Origin: the human T2T-CHM13v2.0 reference genome, Homo sapiens
NCBI RefSeq assembly: GCF_009914755.1
Contig: NC_060928.1
DNA length: 64,000 bases
Reading direction: 5' to 3' (one strand)
Shown: piece after piece, positions 41,301-54,680 of the stretch
Numbering within the stretch: position 1 is the first letter of the stretch
How the letters are laid out: each line of letters opens with the position of its first letter
Notes under the pieces: generated by a model
Told to the model about the DNA's origin: nothing
What the model saw: the letters and a program-made list of their open reading frames with translations, nothing else
Databases searched by the model: none
Position numbers and translations under genes: made by a program

Positions 41301-42915
41301 AGTATCAAGACTCACCATAAAGCTGTAGCAATTAAAACAGTGTGGTACTGATGATAAAAACAAACAAAAAGATCAATGGAACAGAATAGAAAGCTCAGAA
41401 ATAGCCTTATACAAATGTTGCCAACTGACCTTTGATTAAAAAGCAAAGGCAATACAATTGAGCAAAGATCGTCTTTTCATCAAATGGTGCTAAAACAAAC
41501 ACCTGCACATATGCATGCACAAAATATATATATAATAAATCTAGACACAGACCACATATATCCATAAATATTAACTCAAAATAGGTCACAAATCTAAATG
41601 TAAAACACAAAGGTATAAAACTCCTAGAAGATACCATATGATAAAACCTAGATGATCTTGGGTTATTGATGATAACTTTTTAGATACATCAAATGCATTC
41701 TCCACAAAAGAAATAATTGATAAGCTGTACTTCATTAAGCTTAAAAACTTCTGTTCATCGAAAGAGTGAGAAAATATGTCACAGGCCTGCAAAAAATAAT
41801 TGTAAAGACATATCTGACAACGGACTCATAAAAACATACAAAGAACTTTTAAAATTAAACAATAAAGACAAATAACCCTATTAAAAATTAGTAAGAAATC
41901 TGAAAAAAACAGCTCGTCGAAAAAAACAGCTCGTCAAAAAAAAATGTATAGATATGACAGTAAGCATACACACAAATTCTAAAAATTATATATTCCATCA
42001 GGGAAGCACAAATGAGAAAAACATCGAGTTACCTCTATGTTGTTTTCTATACACCTGTTAGAATGACCGCGATTTAGAACACTGAAAACACTAAACATTG
42101 GGGATGATGAGGAGGAACAGGATCTCTCATTAATTTTTGGTGGAAATGCAAAACAATATGGCCACTTTGGAAGACAGCTGGGTTGTTTCTGACAAATCTA
42201 AACATACTCTTACCATATGATACAGCGATAATTCTCCTTGGTATCTACCCAAGGGAGCTTAAAACTTCTGTCTTACAAAAAAGTGGACACTGATGTTTAA
42301 AGCAGCTTTATTCATAGTGACCAAAACTTGAAAGAATCTGATACATCTTCAGTAGATGAAGGGATAAACTGTGATACATGCAGACAATGGATTATTTTTT
42401 AGTGTTAAAAAAGAAATAAGCCATTATGTCACAAAAAGACATGGATACATTTTAAATGCATATTACGGAGTGAAAGAAACCCATTTGAAAGTGTACATGC
42501 TGTATGCTTTCAATTTTATGGCATTCTGGAAAAGACAAAACTATGGACACAGTAAAAATAATTGGTACTAGTGATTGGTGGGGAAGTAAGGGTGAATAAT
42601 CAGAATACACTGGATTCTTAGCATTGCGAACCTTTTCTATATGTTATTATAATGAGTGGTATACATCATTAAATATTTGTCACAACTCATAGAATGTACA
42701 ACATCACCAGAGAACCCTAGTGTAAACTGTGGACTTGGGGTGATAATGATGTGTCAGTATATGAACGTACATTGTAACAAATGTGTGATTCTGGTGCAAC
42801 CAGTTGATGTTGGAAAAGGCTGTCTATAGGGAGGATACAGTAAGTATGTGGACACCCCAATTTGTGCTCAATTTTACTGTGAACACAAAAATTGCTCTGA
42901 AAACAAAATTATTGA
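38330..42915 (+). mobile_element. Old L1M (L1MC/MD-type) ORF2 to 3' end, split by a younger L1
   Basis: ORF2-like 38330-38660 resumes at ~40470 (cagatgacatg = ADDM region) and runs to an L1MC-like 3'UTR (gaaccctagtgtaaactgtggact). Confidence 0.8.
38661..40460 (+). mobile_element. 5'-inverted L1PA15/16-like insertion (inverted part 38661-39899, sense 3' part 39900-40460)
   Basis: Antisense ORF2 (ORF 38900-39175: [10 protein letters not shown]...) abuts sense ORF2 end (IWMQLEAIILS), 3'UTR and polyA remnant. Confidence 0.85.
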
Positions 42916-43811
42916 AAAATCTGTATTAGAAGTAAGCTTTACTACTTGGATTACACAATGCTCTAAAAAACCCCAAATAACATTTTTATAAATGCAATTA
43001 TACGTGAAATTTAAAAGTTTTAAGATTAAAATGTTATGGTTCTAATAAAAGTTAAATGAACCATTGATTATTAACAGAATAAAGAGCTTTGATTATTAAA
43101 TGCTATTGCAATAAGGTAAAAATTATCTAACGGTATAATTTAATGCATTAGAGAGAAACAGTATTATTTTTAAATGATTTTTTGTATATATGATATTGAA
43201 ATAGTATTACAAACTTAACACTATAATAAAAATTTAAAAGTCCTTTGCAACAAAATGGAAAATACTGGATAAATTTGTTTATTTTTAAACATAGTTTTAA
43301 TAGTTTGACTTTGTCCAATTACTTGTGTCAATAACCTCACATTCTTTTAAGTTCTCTGGTTACCTGCTATTGAAATTCCTGGTTATGAATTCAACTATGA
43401 TTTTCACCAATATTAAATCAAATAATTTGAGTTTCTAATTACTTATTTCTAGAAGGGTATTTTTTCTTTCCCATTTCTCTTCACATTATTTATTGTTGAC
43501 AGGATAAAGAGATAAAAATAAGCATAAAAACAAGTTTGTGCACTTGGCCTTAGTAAACAATGCATTTGTCAATATGTCTGCTTTTATTTTTTCTGACATA
43601 GAAATTTTGAACATATGTTGGTAAGAAGCAAACCTGAATTTCTATTAAAATAAAAATTTAAAAATTCCATGGAACACAGATTTTGCTGCTGTTCTTTATA
43701 ATTTGTTTAATTCATTACTAGAACAGAACCTAGAACTTACCAGTATCTCAGTATCTTTGTTCAATTAATAACTGAATTTAATTATATTTATCAAAAAATT
43801 AATTAAATTAT

Positions 43812-43946
43812 GTATGGTGGCTCACACCTGTAGTCCCAAGCCGCTTGAGAAGCTGAAGTGAAAGAATCACTTGAGCCCTGAAGTTCAAGTCTAGACTGGG
43901 CAACATAGCAAGACCCCCATCCCTTTTAAAAACAATGTAAAAAAAA
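43812..43946 (+). mobile_element. FLAM (Alu monomer)
   Basis: tggtggctcacacctgtagtccc...gggcaacatagcaagacccc plus A-rich tail. Confidence 0.8.
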
Positions 43947-44577
43947 GTTTAATAGCCTTTCAGTCAGAAATTTTGATTTTATCTAGCAGGTGTAATATTG
44001 AAAATCTCAAAAGATATAAAATAGAAAAATTGGAATAGTGCTTATATATACACAGTATGCAGTCCTTGACTATTGGCTGACAGTGAAAATGATCACTAAT
44101 TTACTCAAAACTTAGCTCAACATTAAATGGATATATAGCTTTGTCTATTTCTTAAGTATTTAAATTTGGCAATACACTTATTCCCTGTTAAAAAGCCTAA
44201 AACAACCAGTTCATAATATTTCCCACTTTGGTTTGGCACATTGTCATATAATATTTCTTAAAGATATAATAACTTGGAATTGGAACTTGGAACTTTAACC
44301 AGACCATGACATTCATAGAGATGAATGTTTCCCAAACTATCTCAGAACTTGTGTAGAAGGTTTTTCTGGTCACTCCTCCATTTTTTAAAAAAATAAATGG
44401 GACAGAATTTTGAGATTTCAGGTTAAATATTATTCCAATTTTCAGCCCCACTTAAGTTAATGTCATGATTTTTATCCACATGTAAACCTTGTGCTCTGTC
44501 TTATACTCTAGGTCAGGCATATTTTGCAAAACACTGAAAACAAGCAAACAAAAATGTTAGCTTAAGGCTACTCACTG

Positions 44578-44892
44578 GGCCGGGTGCTGCGTTGGCTCAC
44601 ATCTGTAATCCCAGCACCTTGGGAGGCTAAGGTGGGCAGATCACCTGGGGTCAGGAGTTCAAGACCAGCCTGAATATGGTGAAACCCTGTCTCTACTAAA
44701 AATTCAAAAAATTAGCTGGGCGTGGCAGCGTGCACCTGTAGTCCCAGCTACTAGGGAGGCTGAGGCATGAGAATTGCTTGAACAATGGAGGCAGAGGTTG
44801 CACTGAGCCAAGATTGCACCACTGCTCTCCAGCCTGGGAGATAGAGTGAGACTATGTAAAAAAAATAATAATAATAAATAAATAATAAAAAA
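44578..44892 (+). mobile_element. AluS
   Basis: Sense dimer with (AAT)n tail. Confidence 0.95.
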
Positions 44893-45340
44893 CTACATTG
44901 CCTCTGATTCGCTTTCTTCATGCAGGGGTAAGTATCTTTTTTATTTATCTATTTTTGGTCTAGAATTTCTATATGTTTCTTAGAAAGAGAAATCTATCTG
45001 AGTTACTATGTTGCCAGAAAATGTCAGAGTAATAGGATAGAAAAATATCTAATTCACACAATTAATAGCACAGAAGGGAAATTGAGTGGCCATTTTTTAG
45101 ATGGTATAATTTTGAATTTAGACTATCCAAGTATTGCTTAAATTCTTAAATAAAATATCAAATTATAAAATTAAATACACATTAATACCAATATATCAAT
45201 ATCAATTATGAATTAAATATTAATATAAAATAGAACAGATAATTAAAATTGTTTTTCAAGAATAAACAAAATAGCTAGAAATAATTCTACTAGAAAATTT
45301 CAAAACTAATATGCAGAGAATTATTCAATTTAATCATAGG

Positions 45341-45560
45341 ACAGAGGTCAGTTATCTTTTTTTTAATAAAGGGTCATTCAGAAAATATATGTGCTTTGTA
45401 GGCCATATACATTATCTGCTGGATAATGTATAATCTGTTGGATAATTCTTTTTTTATACACCCCTTTAAAATTAAAAAAATATATATTTTTACTTGGAGG
45501 TCCATACAAAAACAGGCTGAAGACCAAATTTGACTCAGGGCTCTAATTCACTTATCCTTG
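45341..45560. mobile_element. MER58-like hAT-Charlie DNA transposon
   Basis: cagaggtcag...tttgtaggccata...aaaacaggc...atttg...ccttg. Confidence 0.65.
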
Positions 45561-46409
45561 TTCTTTCTATAAAGCAGGAAATCTATACAAGTGTTCTGGA
45601 ATAGAAAGTCATCTGCAAAATGTAATAACATTCAATATCTTAATAATATTCTTCTCTAACTTGACATACTGATTCTAAATTCTAACTTTTATCTGGAAGA
45701 GAGAGTGACAGCAGAATGGCAGAATAAGAGAACCTCACTTATGTTCTATCGTAGCAACAGTAACTTGGCAGTGTTCCACAGACAAAAGTGTATTTGTGGA
45801 AGCTTTATAATCAGGGTTGTAAAACTATAGTTAAGCTCAACACTGAGGAGGGCCATTTTGAAAATGCAGGTTATTTCCCAGGTAGCAGTCATACCAACTG
45901 TGGTATTTCAAAAAAATGAACAAAATTGAAATTCTTTAGTCATACAAACCAGGAAAAAGAGAGAGAGGCCTCAAATGAATAGAATTATAAGTGAAAAAAA
46001 GATCATTGCAATGATACCATAGAAATACAAGAAATCAATAAGAGACCACTATGAACAACAAATTGGATAAATTACAAAAAATAGATAAATTCTTAGAAAC
46101 ATAAAACCTACCAAAACTGAATTATAAAGAAATACAAACTATGAATAGTCTCATAACTAGTAAAAAGATTGAATCAATAACTGAAAATCTTCCCAAAAGA
46201 AAATCCCAGAAACAGAGGGCTTCACAGTTTAAATAAACTGCAAAGCATTTAAATAATTCATATTTAATAATTCATATTTAAATAATTCATATTTAACTCT
46301 TCCAAAATTTGAAAAGAAGGGAATAATTCTAAACTCACTTTATAAGGTGAACATTACCCTCAGCCCAAAAGCCAGATAAGGATACTACAAGAAAAGTATA
46401 GGCCAATAT

Positions 46410-46620
46410 GTAAGACCTGTTTTTATCAGAAAAAAATAGTAATAACAAATAAAAAGGGTGGGAGAAGACTTTTGAAAGTGATAGATGTGTTTATGACATT
46501 GATTGTGATGATGGTTTCACGAGAGTATACCTACTTCCAAACTTAAGTTGTATACATTAAATATGTGCAGGTTTCTGAACATCAAACATACCTCATTAAA
46601 GTGGTTAAAACTGAAAAAAA
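46410..46620 (+). mobile_element. 5'-truncated L1MD/MC-type 3' end with 18-bp TSD
   Basis: TSD aaaagta[t/c]aggccaatat at 46392-46409 and 46621-46638; ends in polyA. Confidence 0.75.
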
Positions 46621-46702
46621 AAAAGTACAGGCCAATATCCTTGATGAATATAGATGCAAAATTCTCAACAAAATACTATCAAACTGAATCCCACAACAAA
46701 TT

Positions 46703-46917
46703 TTAATTTTTGTTTATTTTCTAATTTAATTTTTAAATTTTAATTAATTAATTAATTTTAAGACTGAGCTATGAAACTGGCTAATTTTCATATTTTTGGT
46801 AGAGATGTGGTTTCGCCATGTTGCCAAGGTTGGTCTCAAACTCCTGGACTCAAGCAATTCACCTGCCTCAGCCTACCAAAGTGCTGGGATTACAAGCATG
46901 AACCATCATTCCCAGCC
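46703..46917 (-). mobile_element. Alu left monomer with atypical short 3' extension
   Basis: TSD cccaca[a/g]ca[aa/ct]tt; left arm + linker + ccagtttcatagctcagtct + tail. Confidence 0.85.
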
Positions 46918-47837
46918 CCCACAGCACTTTAAAAAAATCATTCATCATAATCAAGTGGGATTTATTCCTGTGATGCAAGGATGGTTCAACATAAATAAAT
47001 AAATGTGATATACTACATTCACAGAATGAAGGATTAAAATTACAGGATGATCTTAATGGATGCAGAATAGGCATTTAAAAAAATTCAATGTCATTTCATG
47101 ATAAAAACTCTCAACAAATTAGGAATAGAAGAAATGTATCTCAAGGTAATAAAGATCATATAAAAGATCATACAAAGGCCATAGCAAACACAGTCAATGG
47201 TGAAAAGCTGAAAGTGTTCCCCTAAGATTAGAAATAAGAGTACCTACTACCACCACTTCTATTCAACATAGTACTAGAAGTTCTAGCTTGGGAAATTAAG
47301 CCATAAAAAAATAAAAGGCACTCAAGTCAAAAAATAAGAAGTTAAATTGTATTTTATTTTTGTTTTGCAGATGACATGATCTGATATATAGAAAACCCTA
47401 AAGACTCCACCCCAAAATAGTTAGAACTGATAAACAAATTCAGTGAAATTACAGGATACAAAATCAACATAAAAGTGTCAGCTGCATTCCTATACACTTA
47501 AAATGAAATACCTAAATAAAACAAAAAAATTCATTTATAATAGTACTAAAAGGAATAAAATAATTAAGAATGCATTTATACAATGGGATGAAAATATGTA
47601 CAATAAAAACTATGAAACATTGATGAAAGAAATTGAGGAAGACACAAATAAATAAAAAGATATTCTGTGTTCATAAATTAGAAAAACCGTTAGTTTTAAA
47701 ATATCCATACTGTACAAAGTTATCTACAGATTCAATGCCATGCCCAATAAAATTCCCATAGGATTTTTAATAGAAATTTTAAAAATAACTCTAAAATTTG
47801 TATGGAACCACAAAAGATGCCTAACAGGCAAAGTATT

Positions 47838-49262
47838 ATTTTTGTTGTTGTCATGGTTGTTGTTTTACTTACATTTTAGGTACATGTGAAGGTTTGTTTC
47901 ATAGGTAAACACGTGTCACAAGGGTTTGTTGTACATATCATTTCATCACCCAGGTATTAATCCCAGTACTTAACAGTTATCTTTTCTGTTTCGCTCTCTC
48001 CTCCCACCCTCCACCTTCAAGTAGACACCAGTGTCTGTTGTATTCTTATGTTCATAAATTCCCATCATTTAGCTCTAACTTATAAGTGGGAACATGTGGT
48101 ATTTGGTTTTCTGTTCCTGTGTTAGTTTGCTGAGGCTAATAGCCTCCAGCTCCATCCACGTTTCTGCAAAGGACATGATCTCATTTCTTTTTATGGCTGC
48201 GTAGTATTACATGGTGTTTATGTACCACATTTTCTTTATCCTGTCTATCATTGATGGGCATTTAAGTTGATTCCATATCTTTGCTATTGTGCATAGTGCT
48301 GCAATGAACATTCACAAGCATGTGTCTTTATGGTAGAATGGCTTGTATTTCCTTGACTATATACCCAGTAACGAAATTGCTGGGCTGAATGATAGTTCTT
48401 CTTTTAGTTCTTGAGGAATTCCCATACTGTTTCCCACAATGATTGAACTAGTTTACACTAATGCAAAATATGTATAAGTGTTCCCTTTTCTCTACAACCA
48501 GGCCACCTTTAATAATAGCCATTCTGACTAGTGTAAGATGATATCTCACTGTGGTTCTGATTTGCATTTATCTAATGATAAGTGATACTGAAATTTTTTC
48601 ATATGCTTGTTAGCTGCATGTATGTATTCTTTTGAGAAGTGTCTGATCATATCCTTTGCCCACGTCTTAATGGGGTTGTTTTTCTCTTGTAAAGTTGTTT
48701 ACATTTCTCATAGATGCTATATATTGGACCTTTTTCATATGCCTAGTTTACAAATATTTTCTCCTATTCTGTAGGTTGTTTGTTTACTGTGTTGATAGTT
48801 TCTTTTGCTATGCAGAAGCTCTTAAGTTTAATTTTATCCCACTTGTCAATTTTTGCTTTTGTTGCAATTGCTTTTGCTGGCTTTGTCATGAAATTTTTGC
48901 CCATTCCTATGTCCAGAATGGTGTTGCCTAGGTTGTCTTCCAGGGTTTTTATAGTTTTTAGTTTTATATTTAAGTCTTTAATCCATCTTGAATTGATTTT
49001 TGTGTATGGTGTAAGGAAGGGGCCCAGCTTCAATCTTCTGTATCTGGCTAGCCAGTTAAGCCAGCACCATTTATTGTTAGGGAATCTTTTCCCTGTTGCT
49101 TGTTTTTGTCATCTGTGTCAAAGATCAGATGGTCATAGATGTGTGGCCATATTTCTGGGCTCTCTATTCTGTTCCATTGGTCTATGTGCCTGTTTTTGTA
49201 CCAGTACCATGCTATTTTGGTTACTGTAATTTCGTACTGTAAAGTCAGGTAATGTGGTGCTT
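47838..49262 (-). mobile_element. L1PA11-13-like 3' end (ORF2 C-terminus and 3'UTR)
   Basis: ggtacatgtgaaggtttg...tttcatcacccaggtattaa 3'UTR; ORF 48764-49033 is ORF2p-like. Confidence 0.85.
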
Positions 49263-50806
49263 CCAGCTTGGTTCCATTATCCCCGTCACTTTCAGGTACA
49301 CCAATCAAATATAGATTTGTTCTTTTCACATGGTCTCATATTTCTTGGAGGCTTTGTTAATTTCTTACTCTTCTTTCTCTAAACTTCTCTTCTCAGTTCA
49401 TTTCATCAATTTGATCTTCAATCACTGATACCCTTTCTTCCACTTGATTGAATCAGCTATTGAAGCTTGTGCTTGCATCACGTAGTTCCTGTGCCGTGGT
49501 TTTCAGTTCCATCAGGTCATTTAAGGTCTTCTCTACATTGTTTATTCTAGTTACCATTCGTCTAATCTTTTTTAAAGGTTTTTAGCTTCCTTGCTGTGGG
49601 TTCGAACATCCTCCTTTAGCTTGGAGAAGTTTGTTATTACTGTCTTTCTGAAGCCTACTTCTGTCAACTCGTCAAAGTCATTCTCTGTCCTGCTTTGTCC
49701 CATTGCTGGTGAGGAGCTGCGATCCTTTTAAGGGGCGCTGTGGTTTTTATAATTTTCAGGTTTTCTGCTCTGGTTTCTCCCCATCTTTGTGGTTTTATCT
49801 ACATTTGGTCTTTGATGATGGTGACCTACAGATGGGGTTTTGGTGTGGATGTCCTTTTTGTTGATGTTGATGCTACTCCTTTCCATTTGTTAGTTTTCCT
49901 TCTAACAGTCAGGACCCTCAGCTGCAAGTCTGTTGGAGTTTGCTGGAGGTCCACTCCAGACACTGTTTCCCTGGGTATCACCAGTGGAGGCTGCAGGACA
50001 GCAAATATTGCAGAACAGCAAATATTGTGTCTGATCCTTCCTCTGGAAGCTTCATCTCAGAGGGGCACCTGGTTGTATGAGGTGTCAGTCAGCCCCTACT
50101 GGGAGGTATCTCCAAGTTAGGCTACATGGGGGTCAGGGACCCACTTGAGGAGGTGACCTGTCCGTTCTTAGAGCTCAAACACTGTGCTGGGAGAACCACT
50201 GCTCTCTTCAGAGCTGTCATTCAGGGATGTTTAAGTCTGCAGAAGTTTCTGCTGCCTTTTGTTCAGTTATACCCTGCCCCCAGTGGTGGAGTCTACAGAG
50301 GCAGCTGGGCCTCATTGAACTGCAGTGGGCTCCACCCAGTTCGAGCTTTCCTGGCCACTTCATTTACCTACTCAAGCCTCAGCAATAGTGGACGCCCCTT
50401 CCCCAGCCAGGCTTGCTGACTCGCAGTTCGATTTCGGAGTAGCAGTGAGCAAGGCTCCATGGGCATGGGACCCGCTGAGCTATGTGCGGGATATAATCTC
50501 CTGGTGTGCCATTTGCTAAGACCATTGGAAAAGTGCAGTGTTTAGGTGGCAGTGTCCCAATTTTCCTGGTATAGTCTGTCACAGTTTCCCTTGGCTAGGA
50601 AAGGGAAATTCCCCAACTTCTTGCACTTCCTGGGTGAGGTGATGCCCCAACCTGCTTCGGCTCACCCTCGAAGGGCTGCACCCACTTTCCGACCAGTCCC
50701 AATGAGATGAACCATGTCCCTCAGTTGGAAATGCAGAAATCACCCATCTTCTGCATTGATCACGTTTGGAGCTGCAGAGCAGAGTTTTTCCTATTTGGCC
50801 ATCTTG
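49263..50806 (-). mobile_element. L1PA5-7-like 5'UTR and ORF1 N-terminal half
   Basis: Ends ggccatcttg (YY1 site CAAGATGGCC at the L1 5' end); ORF1 LIGVPESDG motif. Confidence 0.88.
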
Positions 50807-51637
50807 ATATCGACTGGATTTTGTTAATTTTAAAAGACCAACATAACCTTAACATTATATTTCCTATTAAGTTCATTTTCTTTTGGCATCAGTGCATATC
50901 CAATTTATAATGATTTATTCTGCAAAATATACTATTAGCTTACTTAGTATCCTATTCTAGAATGAAAATTTTTCTTGGCTCAGATTCTTATAGAAATGAC
51001 ATTAATTATTGATATTTTATGTAAACAATTTCAGTCAAAAAATTTGAATCACTTTACAAAATAATAATTGGCTGGGAGATTTAAATATCAGCTTTTCATT
51101 TCAGAAGGGATATTTTTAGAATGGCAAATGAGAATGCAATAATCATGTTTATCATGTAGAAGTCAAGAGAAAAAAATCTTTCATATTAGTATATAAAACT
51201 AAAATAAGCATACTTTGGAAGAGTTGTGTTCACCTTGGCTTGATTATGGATAACTCTCCTTTATCTGTTAACCTTATATATTACTTTCTCCAAGAAAATT
51301 TCCCTTTACTTAATGTTAAAAAGGAAGTCTTTTCTGTGTGATTCCACAGTATTTCATGCTTACTTGTTTATTTTCAATAAGGTGCTTTTCACACTGAAGT
51401 TTAGATTATGACTTTTCCTGTTTTCCCATGTGTTTCTATGCTCTCCACACAGCATAATTCATGAGAAATAGAAAATTCATAATATTATTCATCAAATAGA
51501 ATGACTAGATTAACTTGTTTTATCAACATCTTTGTTTACAACATATTAAGCTAACATTAAGTTATTCTCTCCAGAGAAAGTGCCTGTAATAGATTTGCCT
51601 CATGACTAACTTTTACTGAGTCCCACATACCACAACT

Positions 51638-51740
51638 AGAATATAAATTCATGAGACTGGAATTTTGTCTCAGTGTTGTTCACAGCTGTATTTACTAGGT
51701 AAAATAGTGCTAGCGTATTTTGTAGATATAAATATTTAAG
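51638..51740. mobile_element. L2 3'-end remnant
   Basis: agaatataaattcatgag...ttgttcacagctgtattt...aaatattt. Confidence 0.5.
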
Positions 51741-52344
51741 GAGCAAATTTATGGTGAAAAAGGAGGGTCACCTCATAAGAAATGCTTTATATAGGCAATC
51801 TTAGGCAATGTTGACACTCAATTTTCCTTCTATCAGTGATAAACAGAATTAGTCACAAGAAACAGTATGGATATATGAAATCTTCTGAATATGAGAATGA
51901 CTAATAAATGCTATAAAATATTTTCTCTGATTTCATTAACTTATGTTGAAGTTAATGTTTGTTACTACAACAATTTATATAAAAGCTTAAGGCACCATAT
52001 GAAGTGAGTCATATATTTTCTCTACAATTCTAGCATTCTCACACATCACATTATAAACAGTGCATCATTCAAAACATTACCTATCAAATAGTCTCAACCT
52101 AAAAAGTAAAAGGATGTCTCTTATGTGTTTGTGAAAACTAGCGGCTTTTCATTTTATTTTTGCCTGTTTTTTTAATACAGTTAATTTTTATGGTTTTGAG
52201 ACTTAAATGTAAGTGATGTAAGTGATCTGGTCAATATAAGTGTTAGACTTTAACTCTCAATATTTATGCCATGGTACACCCAGATTTTAAGTCATATAGA
52301 AAAGCTATTTTAAAGAAAATTATTTGTCTTAAAATATATTGGTA

Positions 52345-54649
52345 GAAAAGAGAATTCTGTGAAGAAGGCAGACTAGGAAGAAAAAGGTGACTGTCTCCCC
52401 ATCAATACAATTGCACTAGCAAAATCTGATGAAAGCATTTTGGAATTCTGCAGTGTATGGAAAGCTTGCAAATTCCAGGGGAAGGCTTGGACAGTAAATT
52501 CCAGTTAATTTCAGTAAGTTTCAGCTCTTAGTACAGTAGCAGCTACCCATCCTCTAGCCCCAGCCTAGTGGCAAGCAACTGTGTGCTTGTTCCCAGAGAC
52601 ATCTGCACACAGCTTGCAGACACTAGAGTGGGCAAAAAGGTCCCTGAAAAAAGCCCTGTCCTCCAAATATTGGAGATCTATGTTCTAATCACTGATTGCC
52701 GCTTCTGATCACAGAGATGCAGACAAACAGGCAGGTGGCCATTGTTGATGCCCCTCCACTTATTGTTGCAAGCCCTTCCTCCTCTGGTTGAAGTTATTTC
52801 CAGGATATTTATTGAGCTAGTGCCCTTCCCCTCCATTGATTTTTTTTTCTCTTTTGTAGCCACTAATTAAAGACTAGAACATTCAAAAACAACTGCATGT
52901 ATGGGGAAAACTAGAAAGTGATCTTGAATGCCCAGGGAAAGATGCAGACTGAGGAAAGAACTGAAAATGCCTTAAGTTAACACCTCAGGGTGATTCTTTT
53001 CCCAGAGACGGCCAATAATAGTGTAAACAATAAGAAACAAAAACAATTCAAAAATCAGCAAATCCTTGGAAAAGGGGAGAATCTGATATCCAGTGTTACC
53101 TCATAAGCTCAAATATTCAGTTTTCAACAACAAAAAATCTCGAAACAGAAAAGCATGGCCCATGTAGAGGAAAGACATAAATCAACACAAACTATAAAAG
53201 AAACCTAAAGGGGGATTCTGATGTCAGCAAGATGGATGACTAGAAGCTCCTAGCACTTGTCCCCTGACAAAAACAGCAAAATTAACAAACAAACAACTAC
53301 ATTTTGACAAAAATGACTAAAGGAAAGCAACAAAGTTTATCAAAGGAGTAACAGAAACCCTGATGAGCACAGAAACTCTAGATAGTCATTGATATGGTTT
53401 GGCTGTATCCCCAACAAAATCTTACCTTGAATTGTAGCTCCTATAATTAACACGTTGTGGGAAGAAACTGGTGGAAGATAAGTGAATCATGGGGGCAGTT
53501 TTCCCCATGCTGTTTTTGTGATAGTGAATAAATCTCACAAGATCTGATGATTTTATAAGGGGAAAACCCTCTCACTTGGTTCTCTTGCCTGCCACCATGT
53601 AAGACGTGCCTTTCACCTTCCACCATGATTGTGAGACCTCTAAAGCCACATGGATCTGTGAGTTCATGAAACCTTTTTTCTTTAAAAATTACCCACTGTT
53701 GGGTATGTCTTTCTCAGCAGTGCAAAAACAGACTAATACAGACATATAGAAAAGAGAAGGTTCTACTTGGCATCTGCCACCCCATACCCTAGCCCCATAC
53801 TCTAGCTAGGATAAGCTGGGAAGCAGAAGAAGCTTCCTCTGGTGGAGACAAGGTAAGCAAGAGGAATCCAGCAGCCTCCATCAACACCTTGGACACATAT
53901 AATTTTTATTATTGGGAACTCCCGCCATTCTCACAGGCACTAAGCTTAGCTGTGGGAGATTCCTTGAGTCCACACAGCTGTGTTTCCCCACAGAAAAAGC
54001 CAACACTGTGTCCTACCCCCTCTGGACCCTGTGGCTACTGAGCTATGTCATCTTGGAACTGAAACTACTAATGGAGTGTGTTTTGCTCTGGGACTGAGTG
54101 TTCATGGCACCCTTTCCTCCCTGAGGGTAAAGTGTTGCTGAACCACCCCTGCCTGGTAGCATGATATCCCCAAGCCAAGCTGCAGGAGGCTGTTACACTC
54201 TTCCCCATGTGGCCAAGTGGTGGTGGAGATGCCCCACCTAATCCTCTCACTTGTGGATGAAACTTACCCCTTTAGGCCAGAGCTGAAGTTACACATTTCC
54301 TTCTGAAGAAACAGTGCCTTGAAGGAACTGTGCCATTTACTCCTCCCAGTTGCTACTGTACCCTGCCACTATGTACCTGAGCTGGATCTGTGCACTCTTT
54401 CACATGGAAACTGCCTGTCAGAGTCATTCCATATACTTCTTCCAGTCACTGCTGTGGTTGCCCCTTGGGACCTCAAGCAAATATTACACATTTCCTCCTA
54501 GGGAATGGTGCCTTTGTATAGCTGCTCCATCTACCCTTTCCAGTCACCATTGAGCCCTGCCCCCATCTCCAGAGTGAAAGAAACTATTCGAAAATTATTT
54601 ATCTGACAAGGGGTGAATATTTGCAATTAAAAAAAACATCCAAACAACT

Positions 54650-54680
<31 letters not shown>

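Larger units (their letters stand above)
45700..47838 (+). mobile_element. L1MA-type element: short 5' piece joined to ORF2
   Basis: ORF2 motifs (atagatgcaaaattctcaacaaaatac; tttgcagatgacatg); hosts two small insertions. Confidence 0.8.

Noticed and set aside
41902-41940. 17-bp tandem duplication (also ~16-bp triplication at 46247-46296)
   Set aside because: Ordinary slippage within old L1 sequence.
44197-44451. ORF in unique AT-rich DNA
   Set aside because: Non-ATG start, no motif, consistent with chance.
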